Assembly: GCA_025594325.1 (NCBI GenBank)
Contig: JANHCV010000006.1
Location: 682,001-746,000, forward strand
Direction of reading: 5' to 3'
Length of the DNA: 64,000 bases
Source: Blastocladiella emersonii ATCC 22665
Taxonomy: Eukaryota > Fungi > Blastocladiomycota
The notes under the pieces were generated by a model. The model saw nothing but the letters and a program-made list of their open reading frames with translations. It had not been told where the DNA came from and ran no database searches. Position 1 is the first letter of the stretch, and every line of letters starts with the position of its first letter. Of the stretch, positions 59,333 through 64,000 are shown piece after piece. The translations under genes and the position numbers were made by a program.

Positions 59333-60019
59333 ATGTTGACTTCGCATGAACGGACGTCCCCGGCAGACCACGTCCACGGCCCTCGATGCCTGGAGTGGGC
59401 CGCCCGCCGCGCTGCTGCGGGGCAACTCTCGTCGGCGACCGTCGAGTCCTGCATTCTCGCACCCGCTTCGGAGCAGACCCTCGGACAAGTGGTTGAATGC
59501 TCGCGGGACCGCATGCGCGACGTCCTCGAGGTTTCGCGCCAGATGAAGCGTATCCACGAGCAGACGCACTCTCGAGTCACGTTGGCGGCAAAGGATCTCC
59601 AAAGCGCCATCCACCTCATGACACAGCTTAGAGACGCGATCCTGCGTCATTCGACCGAGTACCATGTTCTCGTCGCCCAGCTTGAGCCGCGCCTGCTTGA
59701 CCTTGACGCTTTCTGGACGCGTACGAGGGGTGTCCTGGACGTTTCCACCGCCTTGGCCGCCAAGCTTGAGCGCGACATCACGGACCACGGCTTCCTGTCG
59801 CCGTTTGCCACGGTCGCCCACGCTGTCGCGCTTCTTGGCGATGTGGCAGATCTCGATCAAATCGTTGGGTGCCCCTTCGACGAGGTATTTGACTACATTG
59901 AGCAATCTCTCCGCAACATTATAACAGTCGGGTTCGAGTTCGCCGAAATGCGCGCGCGCAAGACAGGCATCGCCGACTATCCTCCTGGTTATTGGGAGTA
60001 CAAGGAGAGAGGGAGTTGA
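59333..60019 (+). CDS. Family X copy A, intact intronless 228-aa helical protein of unknown function
   Basis: Open ORF collinear with 11418-12113; the TGCAATGTTGACTTC start context is shared. Confidence 0.7.
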   Translation: MLTSHERTSPADHVHGPRCLEWAARRAAAGQLSSATVESCILAPASEQTLGQVVECSRDRMRDVLEVSRQMKRIHEQTHSRVTLAAKDLQSAIHLMTQLRDAILRHSTEYHVLVAQLEPRLLDLDAFWTRTRGVLDVSTALAAKLERDITDHGFLSPFATVAHAVALLGDVADLDQIVGCPFDEVFDYIEQSLRNIITVGFEFAEMRARKTGIADYPPGYWEYKERGS

Positions 60020-60427
60020 CGTTACAAGTGAGCGTGGGCGCAGTTTGATTGGTGTATGATCCTCAATATAATCCTCAATTCTCCCCTGCTTTCATGCATA
60101 ACACACTTGTGGGGTCTTACTTCGTGACTGAACGCAGCACCTCCTGACTGGTGAGCTTCTTGCGTCATTGGGCGCTGAGATCCAGTCGCAATCGACAGAT
60201 TCGGACGGGTCAGGCGACGAGGGCAGCACTAGGTCGCGTAGTAAGCGATTTGGTCAAATTGCATCAAGTTACTCGCCACCTGCCCGGAGTTAAGGCGTCG
60301 GAAACCATCCGCATGGCGAGAGGAGTGCATCATGTGAGGACATGGTGTGGCGCGTCGCGCGACGCGTCGCCATTGAAACGTGAATTCCGTTGCTACCGGG
60401 CACAGATCGCCGCGTGTTGCAACTGTT

Positions 60428-60463
60428 TGCGCCGCAATAAACGATGGGAAAACATGAAGCAAT
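60428..60463 (+). repeat. 36-bp direct repeat, left copy
   Basis: TGCGCCGCAATAAACGATGGGAAAACATGAAGCAAT, identical to 62058-62093. Confidence 0.9.
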
Positions 60464-60646
60464 TATACTTGAGGCACCTAAACGCTTCGCGTTTGGTTTT
60501 CAATCGAGGGCTAAAGCCCCCGCCACGTATGGTGCACGAGTGGTGGAGGTGCTGTCGCGTGCGTCCCGCACAGGAGATTTAGGTGATCGAGCGATGGAAA
60601 TCGTGCTATTGATGGATTAGATGATGGAATACACTACGTTAATCCT

Positions 60647-62057
60647 CTACTGTGTTTTCTGTTTCTTGGCGTTCTGTGAGCCGTCCTCGCCTCCAGCACG
60701 TTTGTTGGCCAATCGCCGAAACCTTGCGTTGAGAGCATCTGACGCGCGCTTGGCGACTAGCTTCTCAGCCGCGTGCTGGCGCGAGAAGAGAATCGCGTCG
60801 TCGAAGAGCTTGGCGATGCGCGGGTCGCCTGGTGCGATGGCTGTAACTTGATCGAAAGCGGTCTTGGTCAGCTCATCGAGCATCTGGAGCCGCTCGTCCT
60901 CGGCCACTGCGAGTGGATCCGGCTTCATGGACTTGAGCACGGCTCTTGGGATCGGCTGAAGCACCCACAGGTACTTTGAGCGACGAAGCCGCGATAACGC
61001 CACGTACAGGGAAGCGCCGCTGATGAGACGCTCCATGCCCGCGGGACGCGGATCTGCCAGGGCGATGGCGTTCTTGGTCACGCCTTGAACCCCGTGGACC
61101 GTCATGGCGAAGGCTGGCACCATCGGGTACTGCTCGATGTGCGCGACGACATGATTAGGATACTTGCTCCTGTTGGTTTTGGTGTTGTTGACACAGAGCG
61201 GGAGCGAATCCCCCGTTGTGCTGACGACCCGCTCTCGCGACGTGGAACCGCCCGCCATGTACAGGAAGTCTTTCTTCTCCACGGCAAGCGGGATGACCGT
61301 GTCAGGCCACGCGGCCGGCATGCCCGCCACGAGGAGCGTCGGGCAGGTCGATCCACACGTTGAGTGGAGCGCAGGATGGCCGGTGCATGTTGGACGCGGT
61401 TCGCGTGAACGTGGTCTCGGGCTTCCAACCGCACCGTTCACGACGCCAACCGCACCGTTCGCGCACCCCTTTGCTACGCACTGGTTGGTCTTGACGCGCA
61501 TCTCCATTCCGACGAAGAGCTCGAGGATGGCCGGCAGTTCAGTCGTGGTTTCTGGCTCTCCTCCGAGACGGAACACGTCCTTGTCGCAGATGGCGACGCG
61601 TTCACGCGTGCGGCGCCTATCACGCGGGCGCGTGATGCTGCCCTTGATCTGGAACACGATGCGGTTCGGGTTTGCTGCTGCGAGCCGCGTGTAGAGCAGG
61701 TTGAAGGCGTGGCGCGTGTGGTTGTCGGGCGCGATAACCGTGAGTCCGGGCTTCTTGAGGATCTCCTTGAGGACGTTGTTGCCGTTTTCGTCGACCTGCT
61801 GCTGAAGCTGAGTGTTCGTACGCGAGTTGATCAGGTCGCACAGCGTGTCCGACGCCTCGACGAGGCGGAGCGCGTCCATTTCGTTGCCCCATGGTGGATT
61901 GTCGACAAATCGGTTGCTCTTCACGAGACGAACAGCGCGTGTAGTGCGCCAGTACGCGACCTGGCCTCGATCCACGTGCTCACGGACCGTCAATTGATTT
62001 GACGTCATGCGCAGGTAGAACGAGTCCGGCGCGTCGGTGAGCACGGCGGGCACCTTG
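60647..62057 (-). mobile_element. 5'-truncated Pif1-family (Helitron-like) helicase
   Basis: LELFVGMEMRVKTN...GCANGAVG; QYPMVPAFAMTVHGVQG.T; SLYVALSRLR; EDERL. Walker A/B and any Rep domain are absent. Confidence 0.75.
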
Positions 62058-62093
62058 TGCGCCGCAATAAACGATGGGAAAACATGAAGCAAT
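62058..62093 (+). repeat. 36-bp direct repeat, right copy
   Basis: Identical to 60428-60463. Confidence 0.9.
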
Positions 62094-63128
62094 ATGAAGT
62101 TTGACATCGTAGAAGCCATCGTCAGAGTCGTGGCCGCGGACGGCATCCCCCTGGTCTCGGTTTGTCTGACGTCTTCTCCGAGTCTTCCGTTGCGCGAAGT
62201 ATCAAACATCAAGGATATAGCCGTTTGCTACCTGTTGCGGTTGGCAGATGATGCTTTACACTTGTATGACGTTGACATCGATGCTGTGCCAACGCAAGAC
62301 TGTTTGCAGCGCGAGCCACGCCGCGGGGGTTCCATTCCGCATTCAAGGCTCGCGCTTTGAAGTCGGCTCGATGACGTGAATCGTTGCGTGCGCACGTCTG
62401 AATCTTGACCGATAGAGTGGGGGTACATATGGCAGGACCGAGTGGCCAAACCGGCAAACCAAGAAACCAAGCAACCAAGCGCGCGCCGCCCCAGCCCACC
62501 GCCCCGCCGCAAAGGCCAGTGCTGCCTCGCCCGCTCCCCTTCTCGCTCCCTTCCTCGCTCCCCTCGCTCCCCCTTCGCTAATAAATTAATAACCATGCAA
62601 TCTCGAATGTCGACGAACGCAGCCTACATCAGCGATGAGGATCTATACGCGCTCTATCGCACGCTCAGCACGCAGGCCGCCGTGTGCCAGAAGCTCCAGT
62701 CTCGCTCGATTCTTCACTGATGTCAAACGTTGATCAACTTTCGACAGAGAGGCATCCCGACTCAACGCACTCGTGGAGCCCCCAACTCACTGATTCTGGC
62801 GCACGCTGGACGCCGTCGCGTCCCGGACTCGATGGGCGCCTCACACATTCCGGGCACACTTTAAGACTGGGCGCTTGGGTTCGGGATTTGCAATTATGTT
62901 ACGTTGCACCAAGTCGCTTGCAGTCTTTTAGGGTCGGGGCCCGTCAGAAACCGTTCGAAACGCGAAAGAACGCGAAGTGGCTCAAGCGTCACGTGTGTGG
63001 CGCGTCGCGTCGCGCAACGCGTTACGCGTTGCAACGCTAGTTCCGTTGCAATCCACCGCCAATCACCATGCTCTCGATACCCAGAGGTTCTACGCAGGGG
63101 TGAACCACGGCAATCATGACGCAACGCG

Positions 63129-64000
63129 ATGCTGAAGCTCATGAAACGCGCAGCGCTCAGCCGTCGTCGCGAACGCGGCCTCCCAACTTGGTTGACGGAC
63201 CCCGAAGAGTGCGATTCAGACTTCAACAAGCAGTCGCAGTCGTCGGCGCGGTCCACCGTGTCGCCCAAGCCGGCAGCCAAGAAGTCGTCGCTGTTCTCAT
63301 CGTCGTCGCGCGCGCCCAAGGTCCCGCTCGCTGCCGTCCATACCCATACCCTCAACGTGGCTGCTGGCTCGGCCACGGCGGCGGCGGGCGCGGGCCCCGC
63401 GAAGCAGCGGTCGCCCATGGACCGCCTCGCGGCGTGCATCAAGACGGCGTTCGGTCGACTCGTCCCCGGCCGCAAGCGCGCGGCCAAGGCGGCCAAGATG
63501 GCCAAGACGGCGGCGGCTCAGGCTTCGGCTCCTGCTCGTTCGGCGTCCCCGGCCACCTCCATGGCCCGCCTCGCCAAGCAGCAGTCGACGTCGCAGCACC
63601 TGTCGGTCAAAAACTTGTACGTTGCACCGAGTTGTCACTGCTCTCGATACAGCGAATCCGACTGACACACATTCCTTCCCTCGCGTAGCACTACCTCCGC
63701 TACCACCACCTTCGGCTCGCGGCGCAGCAGCTGACGTGACAGCAGCAGTCTCGCGCTCGACGACGTCGAGGTGGTGGCGGCGGCGGCTCCAAGCCCAGCC
63801 GTCGCGTCGGTCTCGACGCCGCCGGCTGGCACAGCTTCCGAGGTCGGTACCAGTACCAGCGCCAGCTCCACGACGGCTGCGCAGGCCGACGGCGCTGGTA
63901 CCGATTTCGAGGACGAGGGGCTCGCCACCGAGTCGCTCGTGGCCACGGACCCGACGACCGAGATCCCGCTCCCGATCTCGTCGTCGCTCACGCCGGAGGC
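63129..64000 (+). CDS. Low-complexity S/A/T-rich hypothetical gene (possibly interrupted by TGA at 63732-63734; runs off the window)
   Basis: GC3-rich ORF from 63129 with intron 63617-63688; the coding-like frame continues after the TGA. Confidence 0.45.

Noticed and set aside
11589-63734. Selenocysteine or alternative genetic code for the two in-frame TGAs
   Set aside because: Neither is at a Cys-aligned redox site, no SECIS was recognised, and TGA terminates ordinary genes here (e.g. rlmN, IFT172, TWNK).
1-64000. Many long ORFs antisense or frameshifted to real genes (e.g. 3854-6556 -, 17875-20583 +, 26233-29109 -, 28005-30959 +, 46049-48298 +, 51168-52859 -)
   Set aside because: These are shadow ORFs expected from high GC3 codon bias; they are Arg/Gly/Ala-rich with no motifs.

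Overview
This is a GC-rich eukaryotic genomic window with short GT-AG introns (about 55-80 bp). Fungal-type Vps27, Vps1, Crz1, Rad14 and MrpL33 occur together with flagellar and ancestral-opisthokont genes (IFT172, Tubby, UXT, WDR91), which points to a zoosporic early-diverging fungus; Blastocladiomycota-like is an inference. About 23 intact genes are densely packed, many as head-to-head pairs. Three lower-GC accessory blocks (about 8-12.3 kb, 33-38.6 kb and 57.9-63 kb) carry pseudogenes, a lineage-specific three-copy gene family, a TA-flanked MITE, a truncated Pif1-like helicase and a Vps27/XPA chimeric fragment. The most notable genes for a fungus are an intron-containing CobT (cobamide lower-ligand activation), a primase-less Twinkle mtDNA helicase and a tail-anchored RlmN/Cfr-family radical-SAM RNA methyltransferase. 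I recognised no rRNA, tRNA or CRISPR arrays. All calls come from manual translation and motif recognition; no database search was run.
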